The notes under the pieces: generated by a model | Database searches by the model: none | What the model was told of the DNA's origin: nothing | The model's input: the letters and a program-made list of their open reading frames with translations, nothing else | NCBI GenBank assembly: GCA_964422835.1 | Contig: CAYRCR010000001.1 | Coordinates: 212,517 to 276,516 of the forward strand | From: an uncultured Gammaproteobacteria bacterium | GTDB lineage: Bacteria; Patescibacteriota; Microgenomatia; Daviesbacterales; UBA10151 | DNA: 64,000 bases | Direction of reading: 5' to 3' | Position numbers and translations under genes: made by a program | Shown: one piece after another, positions 29,350 to 39,711 of the stretch | Numbering within the stretch: the first letter of the stretch is position 1 | How the letters are laid out: each line of letters starts with the position of its first letter

Positions 29350-30506
29350 TTTTTAAATCGTGGCAAGGCAATTTCTACGGTCGTTCCGCGGCCAACCCTT
29401 GAATTAATACTGATAGTCCCCCTATGCGTGTCAATGATATTTTTTACTAAAAAAAGCCCCAAACCCATTCCCCGTTCCGATTTTTCATCTCCCTTAAAAA
29501 ACCCCTCAAACACCTTTCCTAAATCTTTTTTTTCAATACCTTTTCCATAATCCTTGACAGCCAATATGATATCTGACTCCGTTTCGCTCAATTCTAATTT
29601 GATTTCACCCTGGTTGGTAGAAAATTTGCTAGCATTGTCAAGTAAATTTGAGATCGCCTGCAATAATTTATCAAAATCGCCAATAATTAACCCGGCAGAC
29701 GGAGTTGTTTTATTCTCAAAAACCAATTTTCTATCAGGATAATTAAAACGGAATCTTAAAATAGCTTTACCAATAATCTCTTTTATGTCATGCTCCCGTA
29801 AGTCAAAATGAAACTTACCAACATTAATTCTACTAATATCCAGAAGTTCATTAACAAGCCCTGTTAATCTTGATATTTCCCCTGATAATTCCTGGATCCA
29901 ACGTGCTGGTTTGGGAGGAAGTTGCTGCAACTGGGTTTCCAAAAGCTGGGCATACCCGCTAATTGTCGTTAAGGGAGTGCGCAATTCATGAGCAGCCAGA
30001 GAGATGAATAAATCACGGTGTTTCAAAGCCTGTTGTGCCTGCTGATAAAGTTGAGTTTTCCTGATTGCCAACGATGCCATTGATCCGAAAAGTTTGAGAG
30101 TGTTTTCATCATTTACAGAGAAATCTTCATCTTTAGATGAACGGACGGTTAGGGCTCCGATTGGTTTTCTGCGATAGGAAAGAGGTATAAAAATAAGTGA
30201 CTTCACTCCCGCTTTTACGATTTCTGGATGTATTCGCCTTAATTCTTTTGCATAAACTATCAAAACTTTCTGCTCGCTTATAGATTTATAAGTAAAACCT
30301 CGTTTGCGGACTTTAGTATTTGAAAAATCGGGGTTTACGCTATAAACTGTTGTAATCCCCTTTCCGTCAACCAGAGAAACAGAGCCCCCATTTCCTTTTA
30401 CCAATCTGATAGCTTCATGTACAATAATGGCATACGTTTCCTCCGGCGTTAGCGGCACTAAAAATTTTAGGCCGCTTTTGTATATTTTTTCAAGGGTATT
30501 ATCCAT
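29346..30506 (-). CDS. cytoplasmic GAF-domain sensor histidine kinase
   Basis: H-box HELRTPLTTISGYAQLLE and a C-terminal HATPase region. No TM segments. Confidence 0.8.
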   Translation of the reverse strand: MDNTLEKIYKSGLKFLVPLTPEETYAIIVHEAIRLVKGNGGSVSLVDGKGITTVYSVNPDFSNTKVRKRGFTYKSISEQKVLIVYAKELRRIHPEIVKAGVKSLIFIPLSYRRKPIGALTVRSSKDEDFSVNDENTLKLFGSMASLAIRKTQLYQQAQQALKHRDLFISLAAHELRTPLTTISGYAQLLETQLQQLPPKPARWIQELSGEISRLTGLVNELLDISRINVGKFHFDLREHDIKEIIGKAILRFRFNYPDRKLVFENKTTPSAGLIIGDFDKLLQAISNLLDNASKFSTNQGEIKLELSETESDIILAVKDYGKGIEKKDLGKVFEGFFKGDEKSERGMGLGLFLVKNIIDTHRGTISINSRVGRGTTVEIALPRFKK

Positions 30507-30611
30507 AATCCTTTAAAACGTGGTTATTTTACCATGTTTGATCTTGACTTTACAATACTGATGAAAAGTTTTAGGAAATATAGGCACGACAAGATAGAGT
30601 TCTTACAATTT

Positions 30612-31868
30612 TTAGTCTTCTTTTTTGATACTTGCCCCAAGAGAGGAGAGTTTGCCTACCATATCTTCATAACCCCGTTCAATAAGTTGCGCTTCATCAA
30701 TTACGCTCGTGCCGGAGGCTGCCAAGGCAGCCAAAACCAGGGCCATTCCGGCCCTGATATCCGGACTTTCCATATGTCTCCCAGTCAGTTTGGTCGGGCC
30801 ATATACCAAAACCCGGTGAGGATCGGCAATGATAATATGGGCACCCATGGAAATTAGTTTGTCCACAAAGAACATCCTTGTTTCATACATCCAGTCATGA
30901 AGAAGAGACATACCCCGGGCACGCGTTGCAAGAACTATTACCGCACTCATCAGGTCTGTCGGGAACCCCGGCCAGATATTAGTATGAAGTCTTGGGATGG
31001 CAGTTAAATTTTTAGCTGATATTGCAATCACATCTTCTTTATCTTTGAAATTTATTCCCATTTTTTTAAGGTGGCAAGTGACCGGAGCAAGATCCGGCAA
31101 ATCCTTTTTTTCAATTTCAATTGCGCCTCCGGTTAAAGCTGCTGCAATGGCGTAAGTCCCGAATTCTATATGGTCCGGGCAAATGGAAAAAGTTGTCCCA
31201 TGAAGTTTTTCTACACCCCGGATTTCAATGATCTGGGTACCAATTCCGGAAATTTTGGCACCCATTTGACAAAGCATCTGGCAAAGGTCGCTGATATGCG
31301 GTTCTGAAGCGCAATTTTTAATCGTAACTTTTATATTCCCCAACACGGATGCAAGAATCATACTTTCAGTGCCGGTTACCGAACACTCACTCATAAAAAT
31401 TTCCCTGTCATGCCCATTTGTACCTCTTTTCCCTTTATATTCCAAATCACGAATTTGAAATACAAAACCCAACTTTTTTAACCCTTCAAGGTGCGGGTCA
31501 ATGCTCCTTCTGCCAATAATATCCCCTCCCGGAAAAACAAAGGAAGCTTTGCCCAGACGCGCCAGCAATGGTCCTACAAATAAAATCGAAGCCCGAAGTT
31601 TTTTTACCAGGTCGTTTGGCAAATCCGTTTTGGTAATTTTTTCACATTTAATTTTTAATATAGCACCATCCCTTTTTATATATGCACCCAGTCTTTGCAA
31701 TATTTCTGCCAATACATCAACATCAGAAATTTGGGGAACATTTTTTAGCGTTACCTCATCAGAGGTTAAGATGCATGCCGCAAGGGCCGGTAAAATTTCA
31801 TTCTTGTTGCCCGAAAGCTTGATCCTGCCGGAAAGTTTCCTTCCGCCTTCAATAATATATTTAGACAT
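30612..31868 (-). CDS. murA: UDP-N-acetylglucosamine 1-carboxyvinyltransferase
   Basis: 418 aa. N-terminus KLSGRIKLSGNKNEILP and overall EPSP-synthase-like fold. Confidence 0.9.
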   Translation of the reverse strand: MSKYIIEGGRKLSGRIKLSGNKNEILPALAACILTSDEVTLKNVPQISDVDVLAEILQRLGAYIKRDGAILKIKCEKITKTDLPNDLVKKLRASILFVGPLLARLGKASFVFPGGDIIGRRSIDPHLEGLKKLGFVFQIRDLEYKGKRGTNGHDREIFMSECSVTGTESMILASVLGNIKVTIKNCASEPHISDLCQMLCQMGAKISGIGTQIIEIRGVEKLHGTTFSICPDHIEFGTYAIAAALTGGAIEIEKKDLPDLAPVTCHLKKMGINFKDKEDVIAISAKNLTAIPRLHTNIWPGFPTDLMSAVIVLATRARGMSLLHDWMYETRMFFVDKLISMGAHIIIADPHRVLVYGPTKLTGRHMESPDIRAGMALVLAALAASGTSVIDEAQLIERGYEDMVGKLSSLGASIKKED

Positions 31869-33186
31869 AGTTTAAAGAGTCTTTGATGCGCCTTAAGGTT
31901 TCTTCTTCTCCCAAAATTTTAATGCTTTCAAAAAGAGGAGGGGTAACAAGTTGTCCGGAGATTGCGGCACGGATTAGTTGGAACATATCCCCCGCTTTAA
32001 TTTTTTCATCCTCTGCCAGTTTTCTAAAACCTGCCTCAAATTCTTTTGCCTCCCAGGGTTTTTTTAAGTTTTCCATAATCTGCATAATTTTTTCCAGCAC
32101 GGTTTTTTTATCGCTTATTTTAATTTTGGCAAAAATTTCTTTATCATAATCCGGTTTTTCCCGGAGAAAATCTGTCAGAGGTATAAAATCAGAAAGTTTT
32201 TTAATTCTTTCTTTTATCAAGGGGACTACTGGTGCGATATCTCGCACAGGATGATCCTCCTTCGCTAAAGCTCCGGCGGACAAGTCCACCAAAAATTCCT
32301 GCAGCCTTTTTGTTAATTCTTCATCTGACATTTTTCTGATATATTCCCCATTCATCCATTCCAGTTTGGTAATATCAAAAACAGGTGACGATAAATTCAT
32401 GTCCTTTAAATCGAAATCTTTCACCATTTCATCCAGAGAAATAATTTCCCGATCTCCTTTTGGCCTCCAACCTAAAAGAGCCATAAAGTTTAGCAATGCT
32501 TCTTTTAAATAACCATCCTGGCGAAATTCTAAGGCAGATTTTGCGCCATGCCTTTTTGACAACTTACTTTTGTCTGAACCCAAAAGCAGCGGCAAATGAG
32601 CAAATTGGGGAATTTCCCACCCAAGCGCCTCATAGAGTTGTATATGTTTGGGCACGGAAGAAATATATTCATTTCCCCTGATAACATGAGTTATTTGCAT
32701 TAAATGGTCATCAATGACATTTGCAAAATTATAAGTGGGATATCCATCGGATTTTAATAGTACAAAATCCTCTTGTAGACTATTTTCAATTTCAATTTTT
32801 CTGTTACCAACCAAATCCACCCAAGAAGTTTTTCCCTCTTTATTGGTTCTAAATCTAATTGCGCCTTCATCTTTAAAAGCAACTCCCTTTTCTAAGAGTT
32901 CATCTGCGTACTTTCTATAAAGATCTAATCTCTCTGATTGAACATAAGGGGCAAACGGCCCACCAACATCTGGACCTTCATCATAATCCAGCCCTAGCCA
33001 GTGGAGTGTCTCAAAAATTTTTTCAGCAGCTTCCAGAACTAACCTCTCTCGATCAGTATCTTCTAAACGCAAGATAAATTTGCCGTTGTTTTTGCGGGCA
33101 AATAAGTAATTTATTAAGGCAGCCCAGGTATTTCCAATATGGGGGATACCGGTTGGCGAAGGCGCAGTTCTTACTCGAACTTCCAT
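31861..33186 (-). CDS. gltX: glutamate--tRNA ligase
   Basis: HIGN (PTGIPHIGN) and KLSKRHG class I signatures. Confidence 0.85.
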   Translation of the reverse strand: MEVRVRTAPSPTGIPHIGNTWAALINYLFARKNNGKFILRLEDTDRERLVLEAAEKIFETLHWLGLDYDEGPDVGGPFAPYVQSERLDLYRKYADELLEKGVAFKDEGAIRFRTNKEGKTSWVDLVGNRKIEIENSLQEDFVLLKSDGYPTYNFANVIDDHLMQITHVIRGNEYISSVPKHIQLYEALGWEIPQFAHLPLLLGSDKSKLSKRHGAKSALEFRQDGYLKEALLNFMALLGWRPKGDREIISLDEMVKDFDLKDMNLSSPVFDITKLEWMNGEYIRKMSDEELTKRLQEFLVDLSAGALAKEDHPVRDIAPVVPLIKERIKKLSDFIPLTDFLREKPDYDKEIFAKIKISDKKTVLEKIMQIMENLKKPWEAKEFEAGFRKLAEDEKIKAGDMFQLIRAAISGQLVTPPLFESIKILGEEETLRRIKDSLNYV

Positions 33187-33240
33187 AACCTACATATTAT
33201 ACCAATCTTAGGCTTTACTGTATAATAAGTTCATACTGCC

Positions 33241-34218
33241 ATGACTCTAACACAAGCCGCCACACTTACAAAACGCACAATAATTGCCTTTCTCATTTTA
33301 GGAATTCTGGGGATTGCCGGGGCGGTGGGCCTTAATTTCTACAGACAATATCAAGCTCTTCATGCTCCTCCTCCGCCAGAGGTACATTGGGAAGAATGGG
33401 GACAACTCCCACTTCCGGTTTTCCCCCCTTCAACAGTTACCTCATCCAATTTTTCCTACTCACTGGATACAACCACCGGTAGCCTGCCACAAACACCCCA
33501 GGATATACCCAAATCATTGAGAGTTTACTTCATCGCCCAAACAGGCATTAACCTCCGCGCACCGGATAAAGCCAGGGAGTTGGCAGAAAATTTTGGCTTT
33601 CCGGAAGGCCCCAAAATTTTATCGGAAGAAACCAGGGAGTTTGGTGATAAAAAAGGCGGAACTTTGACCATCAATCTTATTACAGGAAATTTTAATTTCG
33701 AAAAAATAGCCCCCCCTGCCGCTGAACTGAAAAACATCCCTGATAAATCCACATTAGTTGAAGCATTGAAAAAATATCTGGCAGAGAAAAATTTATTGCC
33801 CGAGGCCCTGCTAAACGGCGAAGGTAAAACATCGACAGACAACCCTATGCAAGTTTCACTCTTTCCGGCTGATATCGATAGATTATCTGTTGTGACACCA
33901 TCGGAAACTGAAGGGTTGGTCCACGCACTTTATTCCAGAAAAGATGAGACATTCAGTAAATTAACTTACACATTTTGGACAGTTGATCAGACATCGTTTG
34001 CCACCTATCCTTTAAAAACTGCCGAAGAAGCATACAGCGACCTTGTGTCAGGTAAGGGGTATATAAGCATTATCCCGGATAAACCGGCAGTTTCCATTTC
34101 GATGGTTTATCTTGCCTATTTTGAGCCGGAAGATTATGCATCCTACCTTCAGCCGGTATTTATCTTTGAGGGGCCAAATTTTAAAGCTCTAGTTCCGGCA
34201 GTTAAGTCGGCCAGGTGA
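33241..34218 (+). CDS. hypothetical membrane-anchored protein
   Basis: 325 aa, N-terminal TM, Pro-rich linker. Confidence 0.35.
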   Translation: MTLTQAATLTKRTIIAFLILGILGIAGAVGLNFYRQYQALHAPPPPEVHWEEWGQLPLPVFPPSTVTSSNFSYSLDTTTGSLPQTPQDIPKSLRVYFIAQTGINLRAPDKARELAENFGFPEGPKILSEETREFGDKKGGTLTINLITGNFNFEKIAPPAAELKNIPDKSTLVEALKKYLAEKNLLPEALLNGEGKTSTDNPMQVSLFPADIDRLSVVTPSETEGLVHALYSRKDETFSKLTYTFWTVDQTSFATYPLKTAEEAYSDLVSGKGYISIIPDKPAVSISMVYLAYFEPEDYASYLQPVFIFEGPNFKALVPAVKSAR

Positions 34219-35131
34219 AATTGGCAAAAGTCCAGTCAATCAGTTTTTTGGTTTCCCCGAAACGGTCTTCGGATCCTAAAACTACCATCAAAACAATATG
34301 CCCATCCCGTTCCATCAAGCTGACCAAATTCTCCCGGGCCAGAGGCGTTGTACCGGTCTTCATGCCCAACATACCGGGGATGTCCAGTAATTTATTCAAG
34401 TTTTTCAAAGGATGGATGAATTTAAGATCTACGGATGCTACTTCTGTTTCACGGGTGGCCACCACTTTGGCTATCTGGATATTATCAGAAGCCACAGCGG
34501 CAATTTTGGCAAGGTCAGAAGCTGTTGAAAAATGATCAGGTGAATCATAGCCTGCCGGGTTATCAAAATGGGAATTTAAAAGGCCTAAGCTTGCTGCTTT
34601 TTGGTTCATTTTATCAATAAAAGTATCTTTTCCCCCGGGATAATTTTCAGCGATTGTATAGGCTGCATCATTACCGGAGTTGAGTAACATCCCGAATAAA
34701 ATACTGCGGAATGTCATTTGCTCTCCCGCCTTAAGCCCCATGGAAGAGCCGTTGATATTTCCCAAATCATCCGGCACCTCCAAAATATCACCGGGCTTAA
34801 AATATTCCACAGCCACAAGCGCAGTCATTATCTTGGTTGTTGAAGCAATCGGCAAACGGGTATCAGCGCTTTTGCTGTATAAAATATTGTCCGAACCCAT
34901 ATCTTTTATGACAGCCGCAGCCGCCGAAAGTGGCGGAGGAAGTGTACCTTTATCTTTTGGGGGCAAAACTACCTTTTCTACCGCCGCTACCTCACCCCGG
35001 GAAAATGCCACTCCCTCCGCGACGTTCGAAGATACAACTTTAGTTTGTATTAGATCAACAGCCCTGGGCAAACTTAAAAGCACATTGATGGCCAAAAGCA
35101 AAAAAATGGCAGAAAGAAGTATCTTCTTCAT
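34202..35131 (-). CDS. D-alanyl-D-alanine carboxypeptidase (peptidase S11, PBP5-like)
   Basis: SxxK (ASTTK), SGN (LNSGND) and KTG (MKTGTT) motifs. Confidence 0.8.
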   Translation of the reverse strand: MKKILLSAIFLLLAINVLLSLPRAVDLIQTKVVSSNVAEGVAFSRGEVAAVEKVVLPPKDKGTLPPPLSAAAAVIKDMGSDNILYSKSADTRLPIASTTKIMTALVAVEYFKPGDILEVPDDLGNINGSSMGLKAGEQMTFRSILFGMLLNSGNDAAYTIAENYPGGKDTFIDKMNQKAASLGLLNSHFDNPAGYDSPDHFSTASDLAKIAAVASDNIQIAKVVATRETEVASVDLKFIHPLKNLNKLLDIPGMLGMKTGTTPLARENLVSLMERDGHIVLMVVLGSEDRFGETKKLIDWTFANFTWPT

Positions 35132-36453
35132 TTTAGGGTAGATAGTCTGACATCAACCCGCTCCATGTCACGGGGGAAAAGTGAAGCCTCACGGACATTG
35201 GAAAGACCCAAAATATGCATCACAATTCTCTCCGATCCGAACGAAAATCCCCCCTCGGGAGGCATGCCGTATTTAAATGCTTGCAGATAAATCTCACTTT
35301 TCTGTAAATCCACCCCCCGTTCTTTTGCCTTTTCTACCAATAATTTGTAATCATTGATTCTTTGCCCACCTGTTAGCCACTCGGTTCCCCGTCCGATTAA
35401 ATCAAAACTTAATGTGAAACCTTGATCTTTTGGATCTTCAAAAGTATAGAACGGGCGTTTTGAAACAGGGTAATGCGTCACGAAAACTAAATCTGATCCT
35501 TTCTCTTCCAGTGCCCAGCGGCAAATTTCTCTCTCATCTTCCGGCTCCAGATCCGGCTCTTTTCTATTATCCCGGCCGGTCCTTTTAAAAATAATTTCCT
35601 GCGCTTCCCGTAACTTAATTCTGGGGATTTCTCTGCTAATCTGTGGAACGCTCACCTTGCACAAATCAAGCGTTGTCTTACATTCCTTCGCCACCCTGTC
35701 AAAAATGTATCTTACCGTATATTCCACCATATCCATAATTTCCGTCCAGGATTCAATGAAACCAAATTCTGCATCGAGTGTAGTTACCTCTGTCAGATGT
35801 CTTGTGGTAACGGACGGTTCTGCACGAAGTGTTTTATTAACTGTAAAAACCCGCTCAAAAACAGGCACCAGAATTTGTTTGTAAAATTGCGGACTTTGAG
35901 AAAGATAAGCTTTTTGTCCAAAATATTTCACCTCAAACACTTCCGCCCCGCCTTCAGCAGCTTGGGGAATGATAACAGGAGACTGAAATTCCGTAAAATC
36001 TTTTTCCTTTAAAGCCTCCCGGAAAGCATCAATCACCACTTCCTGCATTTTAAAAATCTCTTTTATTTTGGGGTGGCGGAGCGTTAATCCGCGAAAGTCC
36101 AGCAGGGTTGGAAGTTGTAAATCAAGATCTTTCACTCCCATATCAAAAGGGAGTTCCTCGGCTTTTGACAAAACCTCAATTTCTTCCGCCTGCAACTCAA
36201 TGGAGCCAGTGACAAGGTTTTTATTGACCAGATTTTCCGGGCGCTTACTGACTTTTCCTGTAATACAGACCACATCCTGCGGTCGTAAACTTCCAGCCAG
36301 CTCTCCGTTTGCTACAACCTGTAAAACTCCTGACCTGTCGGAAATATCCAAAAAAACTATCTTGCCGTGGTCGCGACGGGTTGTCACAAATCCACAGATT
36401 TTAACTGCCTCCCCAACTTTACTCACACAATCCAAGATTAATGTTCTTTCCAT
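35128..36453 (-). CDS. aspS: archaeal-type aspartate--tRNA ligase (likely non-discriminating)
   Basis: 441 aa. Class II motifs FRAEPSVTTRHLTE and GMPPEGGFSFGSERIVM...FPRD match archaeal-type AspRS. Confidence 0.8.
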   Translation of the reverse strand: MERTLILDCVSKVGEAVKICGFVTTRRDHGKIVFLDISDRSGVLQVVANGELAGSLRPQDVVCITGKVSKRPENLVNKNLVTGSIELQAEEIEVLSKAEELPFDMGVKDLDLQLPTLLDFRGLTLRHPKIKEIFKMQEVVIDAFREALKEKDFTEFQSPVIIPQAAEGGAEVFEVKYFGQKAYLSQSPQFYKQILVPVFERVFTVNKTLRAEPSVTTRHLTEVTTLDAEFGFIESWTEIMDMVEYTVRYIFDRVAKECKTTLDLCKVSVPQISREIPRIKLREAQEIIFKRTGRDNRKEPDLEPEDEREICRWALEEKGSDLVFVTHYPVSKRPFYTFEDPKDQGFTLSFDLIGRGTEWLTGGQRINDYKLLVEKAKERGVDLQKSEIYLQAFKYGMPPEGGFSFGSERIVMHILGLSNVREASLFPRDMERVDVRLSTLK

Positions 36454-36599
36454 TGAATTGATAATAACAGCTTAAGTTTGCCTTGACAATACCAGTAAAG
36501 CAAATTAGAATGGTATTATGACGTTCGTAAATTTAAGTGTAGCGTTGCTTTTGGGTCTTCTCTTTGTACTTGTTTCAGGCATAGTATCTTTCAAAACCG

Positions 36600-38039
36600 T
36601 CAAGGCTTAATGGTTTTGAAATGTTTTCTAATCTGGGCTTTGGCAGAGCTTGTTACGGTAAATTCCAGCCAATCTCTGTTTGGTTTCTTGTTTCCCTTGC
36701 CTAAAATTATCTCTACCACATCACCATTTTGGATCTTAAAGTCAAGCGGTACCATTTTACCATTAACTTTAGCACCAGAGCATCCATCTCCCACTTCCGT
36801 ATGCAGACAGTAGGCAAAATCAACCGGGGTTGCGCCTGCCGGTAAATCTTTTACGTCACCTCCGGGAGTAAAGCAAAAAACTCTTTCCCCGAAAAAATCA
36901 GTTTTGACACTTTTTAAAAATTCGCTGTCGTTTGTCACTTCTTTTTGCCATTTCGCCAAATTTTTGACCCACTCCAATTTTTCAGCGCTCGTTGCAAAAC
37001 CACGGGAGACTTCCGCATCCGATACCCCCCTACTTTTCATTTCCGCATAATTCCAGTGGGCAGCCAACCCGTATTCTGCTTCTTCGTGCATCTCCTCCGT
37101 CCTGATTTGAATTTCAAAAATCCGACCCTGGGGGCCTACAACTTTAGTATGGATAGACCTGTAGCCATTTGGCTTGGGATGGGTAATAAAATCACTGACA
37201 GAGCCCGAAACAGGTTTCCACAGTTTATGCACAATATCCAGGACTTTGTAGCAATCTTCAGTGGTGGAAACCACTATCCGAAAAGCTATTAAATCCGAAA
37301 CCTTTGACATATCAAAATTAATTTCCGGGCGGCAGAGCTTCATATATAGTGAATATAAATGCTTGGTCCGGCTTTCAATCCGGTAATGGATTCCCGCTTT
37401 CCCTAAAGATTTTTTCAACTCATCTTTTATTTTCGTCAATATTATATTCAACTCAACTAAATTAGTTTGCAAAAGTTGTTTGGTTTTATCACATGACGCA
37501 CGTTCAAGATAAGCAAAGGCTAAATCCTGCATTTCTCCTTTCATCTCCCCAATCCCAAGCCGTTCTGCCAAGGGCGCAAAAATTTCCAATGTTTCCCGGG
37601 CAACTTCTTCACCCTTTTCCCGCGTGAGGCAAGAAAGGGTCCGTAAATTATCCAAAATATCGCACATTTTAATAAGCACTACACGGAGATCCCGTGCCAA
37701 AACCAAAAACATTTTTCGAAGCTCTTCAGCAAATTCTTTTTCGGTACCTTTTCTAAACTTCACAATATGCAATTTATGGAAAGCATTAAGTATTCCGGCA
37801 ATATCTTCGCCGAATTCCTCTTTCAAATCTTCAGGTGTAGCCGCCCCGTTTAAAATGCTATGATGCAAAATTGCAGCAGATAGTGTTTTCGGGTCAGTGA
37901 CATCAAACTTCATCAGGTTATCAGCCACTTTAACGCAGTGTTCCAAAATCTCCTCGCCGGAAAGCCGTTTTTGCCCCGCCAAAGAAGTTTCGGCAAAATC
38001 ATAAGCTTTTTTGACTAATGGTATTTCCAGATAATTCAT
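36600..38039 (-). CDS. RelA/SpoT-homolog (p)ppGpp synthetase; hydrolase HD motif degenerate
   Basis: Synthetase motifs (YRSIHT, EIQIRT, AAHW) and a TGS domain are present. The HD-domain positions read HH...NG instead of HD...ED. No ACT domain. Confidence 0.8.
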   Translation of the reverse strand: MNYLEIPLVKKAYDFAETSLAGQKRLSGEEILEHCVKVADNLMKFDVTDPKTLSAAILHHSILNGAATPEDLKEEFGEDIAGILNAFHKLHIVKFRKGTEKEFAEELRKMFLVLARDLRVVLIKMCDILDNLRTLSCLTREKGEEVARETLEIFAPLAERLGIGEMKGEMQDLAFAYLERASCDKTKQLLQTNLVELNIILTKIKDELKKSLGKAGIHYRIESRTKHLYSLYMKLCRPEINFDMSKVSDLIAFRIVVSTTEDCYKVLDIVHKLWKPVSGSVSDFITHPKPNGYRSIHTKVVGPQGRIFEIQIRTEEMHEEAEYGLAAHWNYAEMKSRGVSDAEVSRGFATSAEKLEWVKNLAKWQKEVTNDSEFLKSVKTDFFGERVFCFTPGGDVKDLPAGATPVDFAYCLHTEVGDGCSGAKVNGKMVPLDFKIQNGDVVEIILGKGNKKPNRDWLEFTVTSSAKAQIRKHFKTIKP

Positions 38040-39711
38040 ACAAGTCAGTTACTTTTAGTTGTAATTTTTCCGTATTATTAAATTTATCTATTTCCAGATA
38101 ATAAGCAAGCCCCATGCTTTGCCCGTCTACCAAATTCGGGTACTTTCCCCCAAAAGAGAAGGCGATGGCGTCTATGCCATCGGCTTTAAATTTAAGGTGT
38201 GCTCCACCCCCCACTGTTTTAATATTAGCAATCTTTGCGTTTCCGCTAAAAATTGGCTTGGGATTACCTATGCCGAACGGCTCAAACTTATCCAAAGCCT
38301 CTACCCACGACTTATCAATTTTATCTAAAGCCAACTCCCCGTCGACCTCCATTTTACCACTTCTATCAAATTTAACTTTTTCCATAGCTTTTTGAAGAGA
38401 ACTTTTAAATTCATCAATCTTAGAAGTTTCAATGGTAAACCCGGCAGCAGCCGGATGTCCCCCCACATCAATCAAAAACTTCGAACAGCTTCTAAAAATT
38501 TCCACAATATTGACCCCTTTGACAGAACGGGCAGAACCCTTAGAAACACTTTCCATCCGGCAAATTACCACTGCCGGGATGCCATACTCATCCTTTAACT
38601 TGCCTGCCAAAAGGCCGGTGATGCCGGGAATCCATTTATCAGAAGAGGTCAGAATAATCTTTTCATCCTTGATACTGATCCCTGTTTTGGCCAATACTAA
38701 CCCATCAGTTACCAGCTGCCTTCGCCGGTCATTCGTTTCCCCTAAAAGTTTGGCCAAGTTTCTTGCTTTCATTGGGTCTTTGGTGCAAAGAAGGCGCAAT
38801 GCATCCATAGCATGTTCCAGTCTCCCTTTGGCGTTAAGCCGCGGCCCTAAAACAAAGCCCACATGATATGAATTAATCTCTCCTTCTGTGAGTCCTGCCT
38901 GATTTATCAGTGCCAAAAGACCAACCCTTTTTGTGGAATTTAATTTTTCCAAACCAGCTTTGACCAGAGCACGGTTTACCCCAAGCATTGGTACCATATC
39001 GGAAACTTCGGCCAAAGCCACCAAATCCAGTAAATCTTCTGCGTCTTTTTTTGATAAAAACGAGCGCAGCAAACACCATCCAACAGCTGCCCCGCACATC
39101 TTCGTGGAATGGATAATTGATAAGGCTTCAGGCTTTATATCCTGCGGCAAATGATGGTCGGTGATAATTAAATCCAAACCCATTTTTTGGGCAAGTTTTG
39201 CTTGATCTACAGCTGTAATACCATTATCAACTGTCACAATAAGCTTTGCTCCCTGATCTTTGGCAAATTGTAAACCCGTCTCTGACATACCAAAGCCTTC
39301 TTTTTCCCGATGGGGAATATAGGGCAGGACTTTTGCTCCAACTATAGAAAGTCCTAAATACAAAATGGCGGCACCACACAGTCCGTCAACATCATAATCA
39401 CCATAAACAATAACCAGCTCCTTATTTTTAGTGGCTTGGAGGATTCTTCTTTTCGCGCTTGTAATACCGGGTAAGTCAAATTCTTTTTCAAAGTCCCGCA
39501 AAGCCGGATTAAAAAATTTTTCCCTGTCAGCCTCTTTTATCCCCCGGTTTTTCAAAAGTATTTTAACAAGTTCTTCTTTAGAAGTGATGATTTTTTGAGG
39601 TTTCAACATACCCAAAGATTGTAACATAGGGCGTTTAACGGTAAAATCGTGGTATGGACTACAAGATTCCAGAGAGCGTCCAAAAAATTTTAAATGAACA
39701 AGTTCGCGCAT
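37999..39711 (-). CDS. recJ: single-stranded-DNA-specific exonuclease RecJ (true start probably an internal Met)
   Basis: DHH motifs (YGDYDVDG, ITDHH) and a DHHA1 region. The annotated start overlaps the divergent cca start. Confidence 0.85.
   Translation of the reverse strand: MRELVHLKFFGRSLESCSPYHDFTVKRPMLQSLGMLKPQKIITSKEELVKILLKNRGIKEADREKFFNPALRDFEKEFDLPGITSAKRRILQATKNKELVIVYGDYDVDGLCGAAILYLGLSIVGAKVLPYIPHREKEGFGMSETGLQFAKDQGAKLIVTVDNGITAVDQAKLAQKMGLDLIITDHHLPQDIKPEALSIIHSTKMCGAAVGWCLLRSFLSKKDAEDLLDLVALAEVSDMVPMLGVNRALVKAGLEKLNSTKRVGLLALINQAGLTEGEINSYHVGFVLGPRLNAKGRLEHAMDALRLLCTKDPMKARNLAKLLGETNDRRRQLVTDGLVLAKTGISIKDEKIILTSSDKWIPGITGLLAGKLKDEYGIPAVVICRMESVSKGSARSVKGVNIVEIFRSCSKFLIDVGGHPAAAGFTIETSKIDEFKSSLQKAMEKVKFDRSGKMEVDGELALDKIDKSWVEALDKFEPFGIGNPKPIFSGNAKIANIKTVGGGAHLKFKADGIDAIAFSFGGKYPNLVDGQSMGLAYYLEIDKFNNTEKLQLKVTDLYELSGNTISQKSL

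Noticed and set aside
36479-36507. Plus-strand sigma70-like promoter TTGACA-N17-TAGAAT between aspS and relA
   Set aside because: Both flanking genes are on the minus strand, so it would drive only antisense transcription. Likely a chance match in AT-rich spacer.
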